The notes: generated from the letters alone by a model not told the origin. A stretch of DNA of 64,000 nt from Flavobacteriaceae bacterium (GCA_030726725.1 JANRDC010000006.1:4171-68170); one strand, 5' to 3'; positions 28,260 through 36,168 are shown, counted from the first letter of the stretch. Numbers and translations are program-made.

Positions 28260-28883
28260 ATGCCCAAACTTTTTTCGATTGATTCACCTAGATCTACCCG
28301 CTTGGCGGTTTGGTCTTTGACGGAGTCCGAAGAAGATTTAGCCCTGAGCTTCAGCGCTTTGGATGAAACACAGCAAAATAGATGGGCCCAACTCAAAACA
28401 CCGCTGCAGCGTTCAGCCTTTTGGAGCCTAAGGCATTTGATGCTCGATCTAGGCCTAGACCCTTTATCGGTGTATTACGCCCCCAGTGGTCGGCCGATGT
28501 TGCACAGCGGGGGGTGGCTCTCTTTGAGTCATACAGCTAAATACACTGCCCTAGCCTGGAATACCGAGGTGGCTGTCGGGGTAGATATAGAGGCCCAAAG
28601 GCCACAGATATGGCGCATTGCCCATAAATTCAGCCCCCCGAAAGTAGCTCCAGAGGAGTACAGTATAGAAGAGCTCACGGATCTTTGGTGTGCCAAGGAG
28701 GCCTTGTACAAAAGCGCCGATGTTCCGGGCATTTCTTTTTTGCACGGACTTGAAGTGGTGTCATGGACTCAGGGTGTGGCGCAAGCATCAGGGGTGATTC
28801 ACAGCAGTAAAGATTTGCCCTGCGACCTGTCTTTTTATCGTTGGGAGGACCAACACCTCGCATTGGCCGAACACTTGATGTAA
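28260..28883 (+). CDS. 4'-phosphopantetheinyl transferase (Sfp-type superfamily)
   Basis: PPTase motifs VGVDIE and WCAKEALYK are present. I chose the start at the Met at 28260 because a candidate ahcY -7 box lies inside the 5' extension of the listed ORF. Confidence 0.75.
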   Translation: MPKLFSIDSPRSTRLAVWSLTESEEDLALSFSALDETQQNRWAQLKTPLQRSAFWSLRHLMLDLGLDPLSVYYAPSGRPMLHSGGWLSLSHTAKYTALAWNTEVAVGVDIEAQRPQIWRIAHKFSPPKVAPEEYSIEELTDLWCAKEALYKSADVPGISFLHGLEVVSWTQGVAQASGVIHSSKDLPCDLSFYRWEDQHLALAEHLM

Positions 28884-28888
28884 ATCAT

Positions 28889-29533
28889 ATGGATACAAAC
28901 ACTTGGTGGGATATTTTGTGGGCGCCGTATCGCGGGGGAAACCCAGTGTGGATTGGGCTAGAACTCCTGGCGGTTTTGTTGGGTATGGCTTCGGTGTGGT
29001 ATGCCAAAAAACAACACATCGCGGTGTTTCCCACAGGGATTGTCAGCACAGGTATTTATGTCTGGTTACTCGCCCAATACAGTTTGTTGGGCGATATGAT
29101 GATCAATGCTTACTATGTCGTGATGAGCGTGTACGGATGGTGGTATTGGCGTTTGCGCGGCCCGGAAACCGATCAGCGGCCGATTTCCTATATGTCGGGT
29201 TTGGAGCGTTGGTGGGCTTTGGCCCTGGCGGTGGGCAGCAGTTTTTGGGTGGTGTTGGTTTATCAGTATTACGATCGCTGGACTTCTTGGACTGCCTATG
29301 CAGACACCTTGACGACAGCCTTGTTTTTTGTAGCCATGTGGTTGATGGCGCGCAAGAAAATGGAACATTGGACTTTTTGGGTGGTCGGCAATCTGATTTC
29401 TATTCCACTGTATTGGTATAAAGGCCTTATCTTTACGTCTTTTCAATATGCGGTGTTTACCGCAATCGCCCTTGCGGGTTACCGAGTATGGAAGAGCAAT
29501 ATAGACAGGACCCCTCAAACCTCGTTAAAGTAG
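28889..29533 (+). CDS. pnuC: PnuC-family nicotinamide riboside (or related vitamin) transporter
   Basis: The start MDTNTWWDILW is at 28889. The ORF is a Trp-rich polytopic membrane protein of PnuC size and pattern (WYAKKQHI..., YGWWYW, NLISIPLYWYKG). Confidence 0.8.
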   Translation: MDTNTWWDILWAPYRGGNPVWIGLELLAVLLGMASVWYAKKQHIAVFPTGIVSTGIYVWLLAQYSLLGDMMINAYYVVMSVYGWWYWRLRGPETDQRPISYMSGLERWWALALAVGSSFWVVLVYQYYDRWTSWTAYADTLTTALFFVAMWLMARKKMEHWTFWVVGNLISIPLYWYKGLIFTSFQYAVFTAIALAGYRVWKSNIDRTPQTSLK

Positions 29534-30057
29534 TCCTTTTTGGGCCTGAATCAACGGGAAAAACCACTCTTTCAGAGCAACTCGCGCGTTATTATTCCAC
29601 GCTTTGGGTCCCGGAATACGCCCGACAATACCTGCAGGACAAGTGGAATGAGGAGCGAAAAACCTGCGAGCCTCAAGATTTATTGCCCATCGCCCAGGGG
29701 CAAATCTTCCTGGAAAACAAACTCTCCAAAAAAGCAGACCGCTTGTTGATCTGCGATACCGACCTTTTGGAAACCAAGGTGTATTCTGAAGCCTATTATT
29801 TGGGTTATTGCGACCCGATCCTAGAGCGAAATGCCTTGTTAAACACCTATGATTTATACTTTCTGACCAACATTGATATCCCTTGGGAGGCAGATGATTT
29901 GCGGGACAAACCTTTGGAGCGCGAAAAAATGTTTGCCTACTTCCGGGATACCTTGGAGAAGCACCAAAGACCTTATGTGCTCTTGAGCGGAGGCAAGAAA
30001 GAGCGGTTGGCCCAAGCGGTTTCAGAAATCGATCAATTGCTGGCCCAAAAAAAATAA
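29488..30057 (+). CDS. NadR-type ribosylnicotinamide-kinase-like AAA ATPase
   Basis: 189-aa ORF with Walker A LFGPESTGKTTL and a Walker-B-like LLICDTD. It overlaps pnuC by 46 nt out of frame. A PnuC + NadR-kinase-domain pairing is a known association. Confidence 0.7.
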   Translation: MEEQYRQDPSNLVKVVLFGPESTGKTTLSEQLARYYSTLWVPEYARQYLQDKWNEERKTCEPQDLLPIAQGQIFLENKLSKKADRLLICDTDLLETKVYSEAYYLGYCDPILERNALLNTYDLYFLTNIDIPWEADDLRDKPLEREKMFAYFRDTLEKHQRPYVLLSGGKKERLAQAVSEIDQLLAQKK

Positions 30058-30081
30058 GCTTGTTTTTTGACGAAGTCGATG

Positions 30082-30089
30082 TATCTTTG
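30082..30089 (+). promoter_or_regulatory. candidate -7 box (TATCTTTG) driving the TPP riboswitch / TonB-dependent receptor transcript
   Basis: Exact TAnnTTTG match immediately 5' of the riboswitch aptamer. Confidence 0.5.
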
Positions 30090-30091
30090 AC

Positions 30092-30175
30092 CCGTCTCAA
30101 AGGGGTGCCGCAAGGCTGAGATTATACCCATAGAACCTGGGCAGGTAATGCTGCCAAGGGAACCAGCAGTTCTAC
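30092..30175 (+). promoter_or_regulatory. TPP (THI-box) riboswitch aptamer
   Basis: The sequence AGGGGUGCCGCAAGGCUGAGAUUAUACCCAUAGAACCUGGGCAGGUAAUGCUGCCAAGGGAAC contains the conserved GGGGUGC, CUGAGA, ACCC, AACCUG, GGUAAUGC and GGGAA elements in canonical order. It lies 60 nt upstream of a TonB-dependent receptor gene and just downstream of a TATCTTTG -7 box. Confidence 0.85.
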
Positions 30176-30234
30176 TGCAAAAAATTCAGTTAAACCAAGA
30201 ATAATGACCCCTTTTATTCGTAAACATTTTACGG

Positions 30235-32415
30235 ATGAAACCATTATTGACGATTGCAGCTTTAGGGCTGATGGGCACCGGACTCTGGGCCCAAAACACC
30301 AAAAACACACCCAATTCCCAAAATCTGGATACCGTGCAAGGAGCTGAAGTTCAGCTCAAAGAGGTCTTTGTCAGCGCGGTTAGGGCCAATCAAAAAATGG
30401 GTGTGACCTACTCAGAAGTCAAGGCCCAGGATATTGCCCCGGTGAATTTGGGACAGGATTTGCCTTTTTTGATTCGCTGGATGCCTTCGGTGGTGACCAC
30501 CTCAGATGCGGGTACGGGTATTGGCTATACGGGTATTCGGGTGCGGGGTAGCGATGCGACCCGGGTCAACGTCACCATCAATGGGGTGGCCTACAACGAT
30601 GCGGAATCCCACAGTACTTATTGGGTGAATTTGCCTGATTTTGCCTCTTCGGTTTCCAGCCTTCAGCTTCAGCGCGGGGTAGGAACCTCCACTCAGGGCC
30701 CAGGAGCCTTTGGGGCCAGTTTGAACCTGTCCACCACCTCCACCCAAGCCGACGCCTATGCCGTATTGCAGGCATCAGCGGGTAGCTTTGCGACGCTGAG
30801 AAACAATATGTCCTTTGGCACTGGCCTGATCAAGGACCATTGGAGCCTACAAGGAAGGCTGTCGCGCATCGTCTCCGACGGTTATATCGATCGGGCGAGT
30901 GCGCGCCTAAACGCTTATTTTTTACAAGGCGGTTATCAGGATGAAAACACTCGGGTGCAAGCTTTATTGTTCGGCGGGCACGAAGTCACCTACCAAGCTT
31001 GGTACGGAATCGATGCAGCCACTTTGGCCACAGACCGCAGATTTAATCCAGCAGGCGCCTATACCGATGATTCAGGAGTTTTGCGCTTCTATGACAAGCA
31101 AGAGGACAACTATAAACAGGACCACGCGCAATTGCTTTGGTATGAGGATTTGCCTGGGGATTGGTCTTTGAATACGACCCTCCACTTTACCCGTGGTCGA
31201 GGGTATTACGAGGAATTTCAAGAAGATGCCTTGCTTGGGGATTATGGATTTACGCCTGAGTTGATGACCGACTTGGTGCGCCGCAAGTGGCTGGACAACC
31301 GGTTTTACGGGGCCAATGCTTCTGCCCTCCGACAAAGGGGTGCGGAAATACTGCAATTTGGTGCTGCTGCGAGCCGATATCATGGTGACCACTTTGGCCA
31401 GGTGATTTGGGCCCAACAAACAGGAAATAGCCACCCGAGAACACCTTATTATTTTTACGATGCGCTCAAGACGGAGTGGTCCGCTTGGGGTAAATACCAA
31501 TGGGCGATTGCTGAGGACTGGACCGGATTTGCCGATCTTCAATACCGGGGTATTCAGTACAATACCCAGGTGGATACGGGCGCTGTTATCGCGGACACTT
31601 TTGGGTTTTTTAACCCCAAATTCGGGTTGACTTGGACAGCTGACTCCGCCCCCAATCGCTTGTCTGAGTGGTATTTATCCTATGCCGTTGCCCATAGAGA
31701 GCCCAACAGAACGGATTATGAAAACGGAAGTCCGCAACCAGAAACCCTGAGGGATGTGGAGTGGGGTTATCGCTGGGCCACCCCAGAAATACAGGTCCAA
31801 TCCAATCTGTTTTATATGCACTATACCGATCAACTGGTACTCACAGGAGCCATCGATGAGGTGGGTGCGCCCATCAGGGCTAACGTGGGCCGCAGCTACA
31901 GAACGGGTTGGGAAACTCAAGTGAACTGGACCCCCAATAACCAGTGGTCTTGGCAGTCTTCTTTGAGTCTGTCCAGACACAGAAACCAGGAGTATATAGA
32001 AGCCTGGAATGGTGGGGTACGCACCTGGAGTGACACGCCGATTGCCTTATCGCCCGAAGTAGTTGCCAGCAGTATTTGGGTGTGGACACCAGACGCCCGA
32101 AGCAGAATCCAGTTAGCCGCCCAGCATGTGGGCACACAGTATCTGGGGAATACCCAGTCCGAGGTGGGACTTTTACCTGCCTACACCCAGTGGGATTTAG
32201 TAGCCAGTAGAACATTTACCCCCGCCTATGGGCCAAAAATCACTCTTTCAGCTATGGTGAATAATCTATTCAATCGCGATTTGGTCACCAATGGCTATTA
32301 CTACACCTACGACGATACTTGGTCAGCGCCCGGCGTGACTACTACGGTGGAAGGCGCTGGATTCTATCCCCAAGCGGGCAGACACTTTTTAGTCGGTTTG
32401 GAGATGGCTTGGTAG
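30235..32415 (+). CDS. TonB-dependent receptor (TPP-riboswitch controlled)
   Basis: 726-aa ORF with a signal peptide, a plug region (VTTSDAGTGIGYTGIRVRGSD), a long beta-barrel and a C-terminal aromatic residue (LEMAW). Confidence 0.9.
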   Translation: MKPLLTIAALGLMGTGLWAQNTKNTPNSQNLDTVQGAEVQLKEVFVSAVRANQKMGVTYSEVKAQDIAPVNLGQDLPFLIRWMPSVVTTSDAGTGIGYTGIRVRGSDATRVNVTINGVAYNDAESHSTYWVNLPDFASSVSSLQLQRGVGTSTQGPGAFGASLNLSTTSTQADAYAVLQASAGSFATLRNNMSFGTGLIKDHWSLQGRLSRIVSDGYIDRASARLNAYFLQGGYQDENTRVQALLFGGHEVTYQAWYGIDAATLATDRRFNPAGAYTDDSGVLRFYDKQEDNYKQDHAQLLWYEDLPGDWSLNTTLHFTRGRGYYEEFQEDALLGDYGFTPELMTDLVRRKWLDNRFYGANASALRQRGAEILQFGAAASRYHGDHFGQVIWAQQTGNSHPRTPYYFYDALKTEWSAWGKYQWAIAEDWTGFADLQYRGIQYNTQVDTGAVIADTFGFFNPKFGLTWTADSAPNRLSEWYLSYAVAHREPNRTDYENGSPQPETLRDVEWGYRWATPEIQVQSNLFYMHYTDQLVLTGAIDEVGAPIRANVGRSYRTGWETQVNWTPNNQWSWQSSLSLSRHRNQEYIEAWNGGVRTWSDTPIALSPEVVASSIWVWTPDARSRIQLAAQHVGTQYLGNTQSEVGLLPAYTQWDLVASRTFTPAYGPKITLSAMVNNLFNRDLVTNGYYYTYDDTWSAPGVTTTVEGAGFYPQAGRHFLVGLEMAW

Positions 32416-32424
32416 TGCAGGCAA

Positions 32425-32868
32425 CTAGGGCTGAAACACCCTGAGGGTATTGCCGTAAAGCGCTGCTTGGTAGGACAATAGATCGTAATAGCGTTTTCCG
32501 TCGTTGGGACGCTGGAGCATCTGTCCGGTAAACAAGGTGTAGGTGTAACCTTCACAGCTACAAACGCCGTTTTGACCGGATAAAGTCAGCAAAGAGCAAG
32601 TGTTTGGCGCATGGTTGGGGCAAGCGGCCTCAAAGGCGCGAAACTGGTCAAATCCTGTGTTGATGACGTAAACCCCTTGGGTTCCCACCCCTGTAGTCGT
32701 AATCAATACAGGATTTCCGACTTGTTGTAAAGGGGCATAAGCGGGTAAGTTGAGGTTGAGTTCTACCGAAAACCGCACCTCTTGAAGGTAGGGGTTTCTC
32801 TGTCCGTATTCCGGGGTGCATGCCGCCCCAAAAAACAGCATACAGGCGATAAAAATCAGACGTTTCAC
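32425..32868 (-). CDS. small lipoprotein with a degenerate Rieske-like fold
   Basis: 147-aa ORF with lipoprotein signal FFGAAC. The layout resembles small Rieske proteins, but the boxes read ACPNH and CSCEG instead of CxH / CxxH. Confidence 0.55.
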   Translation of the reverse strand: MKRLIFIACMLFFGAACTPEYGQRNPYLQEVRFSVELNLNLPAYAPLQQVGNPVLITTTGVGTQGVYVINTGFDQFRAFEAACPNHAPNTCSLLTLSGQNGVCSCEGYTYTLFTGQMLQRPNDGKRYYDLLSYQAALYGNTLRVFQP

Positions 32869-32885
32869 GTTGATTTGTTTTTTTG

Positions 32886-32893
32886 TATATTTG
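32886..32893 (+). promoter_or_regulatory. candidate -7 box (TATATTTG) for greA
   Basis: Exact match 48 nt upstream of the greA ATG. Confidence 0.5.
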
Positions 32894-32896
32894 TGT

Positions 32897-32922
32897 AAAT
32901 CCTCTGAACCAGAGGATTTTTT
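32897..32922 (+). terminator. terminator-like hairpin in the greA 5' leader (possible attenuator or 5' stabiliser)
   Basis: 10-bp stem AAATCCTCTG (32897-32906) / CAGAGGATTT (32910-32919) with loop AAC. The T-run extends to 32922. It lies 4 nt downstream of a TATATTTG -7 box and 19 nt upstream of the greA ATG. Confidence 0.5.
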
Positions 32923-32940
32923 GATTTAAAGTGTGAAGAT

Positions 32941-33417
32941 ATGAGTAATGTTTCTTACTATACCGCAGAAGGGTTAAAAAAACTCAAGGAGGAGCTGGAC
33001 CACCTCAGGGATGTAGAGCGCCCAAAGGCTTCTGAGGCCATCGCAGAGGCTAGGGATAAAGGTGATTTGTCGGAGAACGCGGAGTATGATGCAGCCAAAG
33101 AGGCCCAAGGACTTTTGGAACTTAAAATCGCTAAGATGGAGGAGATTTTCTCCAACGCCCGCTTGATCGATGAATCTCAACTGGACACTTCTAAAGTTTT
33201 GGTGCTGTCTACAGTAACCCTAAAAAATACGGCCAATGGGGCCAAAATGACCTATACCTTGGTCGCTGAAAGCGAAGCGGATTTGAAAACCGGTAAAATT
33301 TCGGTGAGTTCGCCGATCGGCAAAGGACTTTTGGGGAAAAAAGTGGGTGAAACTGCAGAAATCGCGGTGCCCAACGGAAAAATCACATTCGAAATAGTAG
33401 AGATCACCAGAAACTGA
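32941..33417 (+). CDS. greA: transcription elongation factor GreA
   Basis: 158-aa ORF with an N-terminal coiled coil (YYTAEGLKKLKEELDHL...GDLSENAEYDAAKE) and a C-terminal globular domain. Confidence 0.95.
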   Translation: MSNVSYYTAEGLKKLKEELDHLRDVERPKASEAIAEARDKGDLSENAEYDAAKEAQGLLELKIAKMEEIFSNARLIDESQLDTSKVLVLSTVTLKNTANGAKMTYTLVAESEADLKTGKISVSSPIGKGLLGKKVGETAEIAVPNGKITFEIVEITRN

Positions 33418-33419
33418 GT

Positions 33420-33818
33420 ATGGCCAGTATTTTTACCCGCATTATTCAAAGAGAAATTCCCGCGTATATCGTCGATGAAACCGAGGACTTTATCGCTTTC
33501 CTAGACGTAAATCCCAACGCTGTTGGTCATACGCTGTGCGTGCCCAAAAGAGAAGTGGATAAAATCACTGAGCTCACTGAATCTGAGTTTGGTGCCCTGA
33601 TGCAATTTTCAAGACGCGTGGCGGTCGCTCTAGAAAAAGCCGTACCCTGCAAACGCGTAGGATGGACGGTGATCGGTTTAGAAGTACCTCATGTGCATGT
33701 GCACCTAATTCCGCTCAACACCATGGCGGACGCCACTTTTGGAAAAAAAGAAAGCCTCACTCAGGAGGCTTTTACAGCAGTAGCCGATCGCATTCAATCG
33801 GAATTAGCTCATCTTTAA
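33420..33818 (+). CDS. HIT-family (histidine triad) protein
   Basis: 132-aa ORF with the triad HVHVHLIP. It starts 2 nt after the greA stop. Confidence 0.9.
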   Translation: MASIFTRIIQREIPAYIVDETEDFIAFLDVNPNAVGHTLCVPKREVDKITELTESEFGALMQFSRRVAVALEKAVPCKRVGWTVIGLEVPHVHVHLIPLNTMADATFGKKESLTQEAFTAVADRIQSELAHL

Positions 33819-33827
33819 TTCAGCGGC

Positions 33828-34202
33828 CTAGAAAGGCAAATCATCTGCTTCATCCTGGCTGTACGCATCTGCTGGAGGAAAAGCGTGTCCCGCAGGCATT
33901 TCAGGCAAGTTTTGGCTGGGAGTCACTGCATTGGACTCGATCCGCCATCCTTGAATAGAATTAAAGTATTTTACTTCTCCTTGGGGGTTTTCCCATTCTC
34001 TACCGCGAAGGTTAATCGATATTTTTACCGATTGACCCGCAGAAAAACGGTCGAGTAAATCGCATTTGTCTTGAACGAATTCAATCATCAAGGGTTGGGG
34101 GTATTGCTCCTCTGTAAGGATGACTACCTCGCGTTTTCTAAACCCTTTTGCACCAAAGGTTTTGGTGTCTTCAATTTTTTTAAGCGTGCCAATCACTTCC
34201 AT
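33828..34202 (-). CDS. DUF3127-family OB-fold-like protein with an SSB-like acidic C-terminal tip
   Basis: 124-aa ORF. The N-terminal ~95 aa matches my memory of DUF3127 (…TEEQYPQPLMIEFVQDKCDLLD…). It is followed by a Pro-rich linker and the terminal DEADDLPF. Confidence 0.65.
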   Translation of the reverse strand: MEVIGTLKKIEDTKTFGAKGFRKREVVILTEEQYPQPLMIEFVQDKCDLLDRFSAGQSVKISINLRGREWENPQGEVKYFNSIQGWRIESNAVTPSQNLPEMPAGHAFPPADAYSQDEADDLPF

Positions 34203-34311
34203 AACTTCAATTTTGTGGTGGCAAGTTAACGCAAAAAATCATGGGATTCAATTATCTTTAGCAAGGCCCGACACAAAAAATAAAGCAAAGCAGGTCTAGT
34301 TTTCCACCGAT

Positions 34312-35460
34312 ATGATGTCCCTACGCTCTTTGTTTATGCGCTATAGCCGATTGATGTTGACCGGCATCGCTTTGGCTATTGTCGGACTCATTCTCTGGCA
34401 GACTCGGTCATTTCTAGAAGCTTATCGCGCGGAAGAGCAGCGCAAAATGGAAATTTGGGCACTCGCCCAAAGTCAGTTTATGGGCATGGACCCGAGTGAA
34501 AGCTTAGGGCCGCTTATTCTTAAAATTTTTCAATCCAATACCCAAACCCCTATGGTGTTGGCCCATAGGGATGGGAGTTATTCAGTCAATAATCTTCCTC
34601 CAGAAGTGGCTAAGGATACCGTTCAGATCAAAAATCTGATCGAACAATACGCCGGTGAAAACACCCCTTTGGTTATGGAGGTGGATGGGGTTGTTTTAGC
34701 GACGCTTTACTGGGGGCCAGCTCCGCTGGCCCAGCAGCTGGCCTATTACCCTTGGGCATTGCTGTTGGTGCTGTTGCTGTTTGCAGGACTGGTGATGATT
34801 TACCACAGGAGCAGTAAAATTGCGGCTCAGAACAAGCTTTGGGCAGGTATGGCCCGGGAGACTGCCCACCAAATAGCCACCCCTTTAAGTGCGCTGATGG
34901 GCTGGAATGGTTTGTTGAAAGCCCAAGGATTGGCCCCTGAAATTGGAGATGAAATCGACAGGGATTTGGAGCGCCTGCATTTGATTACGGATCGATTTGC
35001 CCGGATTGGAACCCCGCCGACGCTTGCTGTGGTCCCCATTGTAGCGGCCACCCAAAAAGCGGTGGATTATCTCAGTCCTCGCTGGCCGGAGTCCATCGAA
35101 TGGTCCTGGGATATTCAGCTTGACGAGGTGGAGGTCATGCTCAATGAACCGCTCTATGCCTGGTGTATGGAGAATTTGCTCAAAAATGCGATCGATGCGA
35201 TGCAGGGTAAAGGCAGGCTGGTCATACAACTTCAAAAACACCCCCAAGGAGTGGCCGTTCGCGTGGTCGATCAAGGCCCCGGTATTCCCAGAAGTGCGGT
35301 CAAAAAAATTTTTCAGCCCGGCTTTACCACCAAGAAACGAGGCTGGGGGTTGGGACTTTCCCTGGTTCAACGCATTGTGGTCCAATACCACAAAGGTGTG
35401 GTGCGCGTGGCCAAAACCGGCCCATCGGGCACGGTGATGGAACTTATTTTTGGGCGTTAG
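34312..35460 (+). CDS. sensor histidine kinase (membrane-anchored, no adjacent regulator)
   Basis: 382-aa ORF with an H-box-like region ARETAHQIATPLSAL, N box LLKNAIDA and G boxes DQGPGI / GWGLGLSL. Confidence 0.85.
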   Translation: MMSLRSLFMRYSRLMLTGIALAIVGLILWQTRSFLEAYRAEEQRKMEIWALAQSQFMGMDPSESLGPLILKIFQSNTQTPMVLAHRDGSYSVNNLPPEVAKDTVQIKNLIEQYAGENTPLVMEVDGVVLATLYWGPAPLAQQLAYYPWALLLVLLLFAGLVMIYHRSSKIAAQNKLWAGMARETAHQIATPLSALMGWNGLLKAQGLAPEIGDEIDRDLERLHLITDRFARIGTPPTLAVVPIVAATQKAVDYLSPRWPESIEWSWDIQLDEVEVMLNEPLYAWCMENLLKNAIDAMQGKGRLVIQLQKHPQGVAVRVVDQGPGIPRSAVKKIFQPGFTTKKRGWGLGLSLVQRIVVQYHKGVVRVAKTGPSGTVMELIFGR

Positions 35461-35465
35461 GACCC

Positions 35466-36167
35466 TTATCTAGGGGAAAACAGGTAGTAAATTGTGCCCC
35501 ATTGTTGGGGGGTTTGGGCTGGGTCAAACAAGGTTTGCAGCGCGTATTTTTGTGCGTTCTCCAGCAGGCATCCGTTTTCGGTGGTGGTTTGCTTGGGGTC
35601 TATAGCTGTCTCTACCACCTGTCCTTTTTCATTGACTTTGATGCGCACCGCGACTTTGCCTCCTGAGGGGCATATATAAATGGGTACAGCGATATATCGG
35701 TGCATACGCCCGACCAGACTGTACCAAATCCGGGTGTTTTGCGGCTTGTTGTACACCTTTTCAGTGAGCTGTTCGGGATCTACTTCCTCTAAAACATCTG
35801 GTTTTTGAATCGCCTTGAGTTTTAAGGCGTAGTCAGCACCGATGGGTCCCTGGGCCCACATCGCTTTCTCCGCTTGTTCAAAGTCGGCTTGGGCTTGACT
35901 TTTTTCTGGAGCGGATGCCTTTGTCTCTTTTTCTTCCGTGTTAAAAGCCTGGAGGGTAGTCGGTTCTGGGGCTTCAGGTGCAGGTTCTGCCAGCTGTATT
36001 TCCGGTTCTGGACTGGGTGGTGGCGTTGGTTCTTGGAAGTCGATTTCCGCCATAAACACCTCGTTTTGGGCCTGTCCTTGCAGGCGAATACCCAATAAAA
36101 GCACCACACTACCCATGATTCCCGTAGCGATGGCCAATGCTTTTAGTTGGTTATCTCCCCACTCCAT
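35466..36167 (-). CDS. TonB-like energy-transducer protein (TM anchor, Pro/Glu-rich linker, TonB-C-like domain)
   Basis: 233-aa ORF with one N-terminal TM segment, the linker QEPTPPPSPEPEIQLAEPAPEAPEP and a C-terminal ~80 aa resembling TonB_C (GGKVAVRIKVNEKGQVVETAI). Confidence 0.55.
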   Translation of the reverse strand: MEWGDNQLKALAIATGIMGSVVLLLGIRLQGQAQNEVFMAEIDFQEPTPPPSPEPEIQLAEPAPEAPEPTTLQAFNTEEKETKASAPEKSQAQADFEQAEKAMWAQGPIGADYALKLKAIQKPDVLEEVDPEQLTEKVYNKPQNTRIWYSLVGRMHRYIAVPIYICPSGGKVAVRIKVNEKGQVVETAIDPKQTTTENGCLLENAQKYALQTLFDPAQTPQQWGTIYYLFSPR

Positions 36168-36168
36168 A

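Noticed and set aside
29525-30100. A 191-aa minus-strand ORF covering the NadR-type kinase gene and reaching the riboswitch promoter.
   Set aside because: It is an antisense shadow ORF. Its composition is Arg/Pro/Ser-rich and it has no motifs. The plus strand carries a kinase gene with a Walker A motif and a riboswitch.
30165-30186. A hairpin GCAGT/ACTGC after the TPP aptamer, considered as a riboswitch terminator.
   Set aside because: The stem is only 5 bp and it is followed by AAAAAA rather than a U-run, so it is not an intrinsic terminator.
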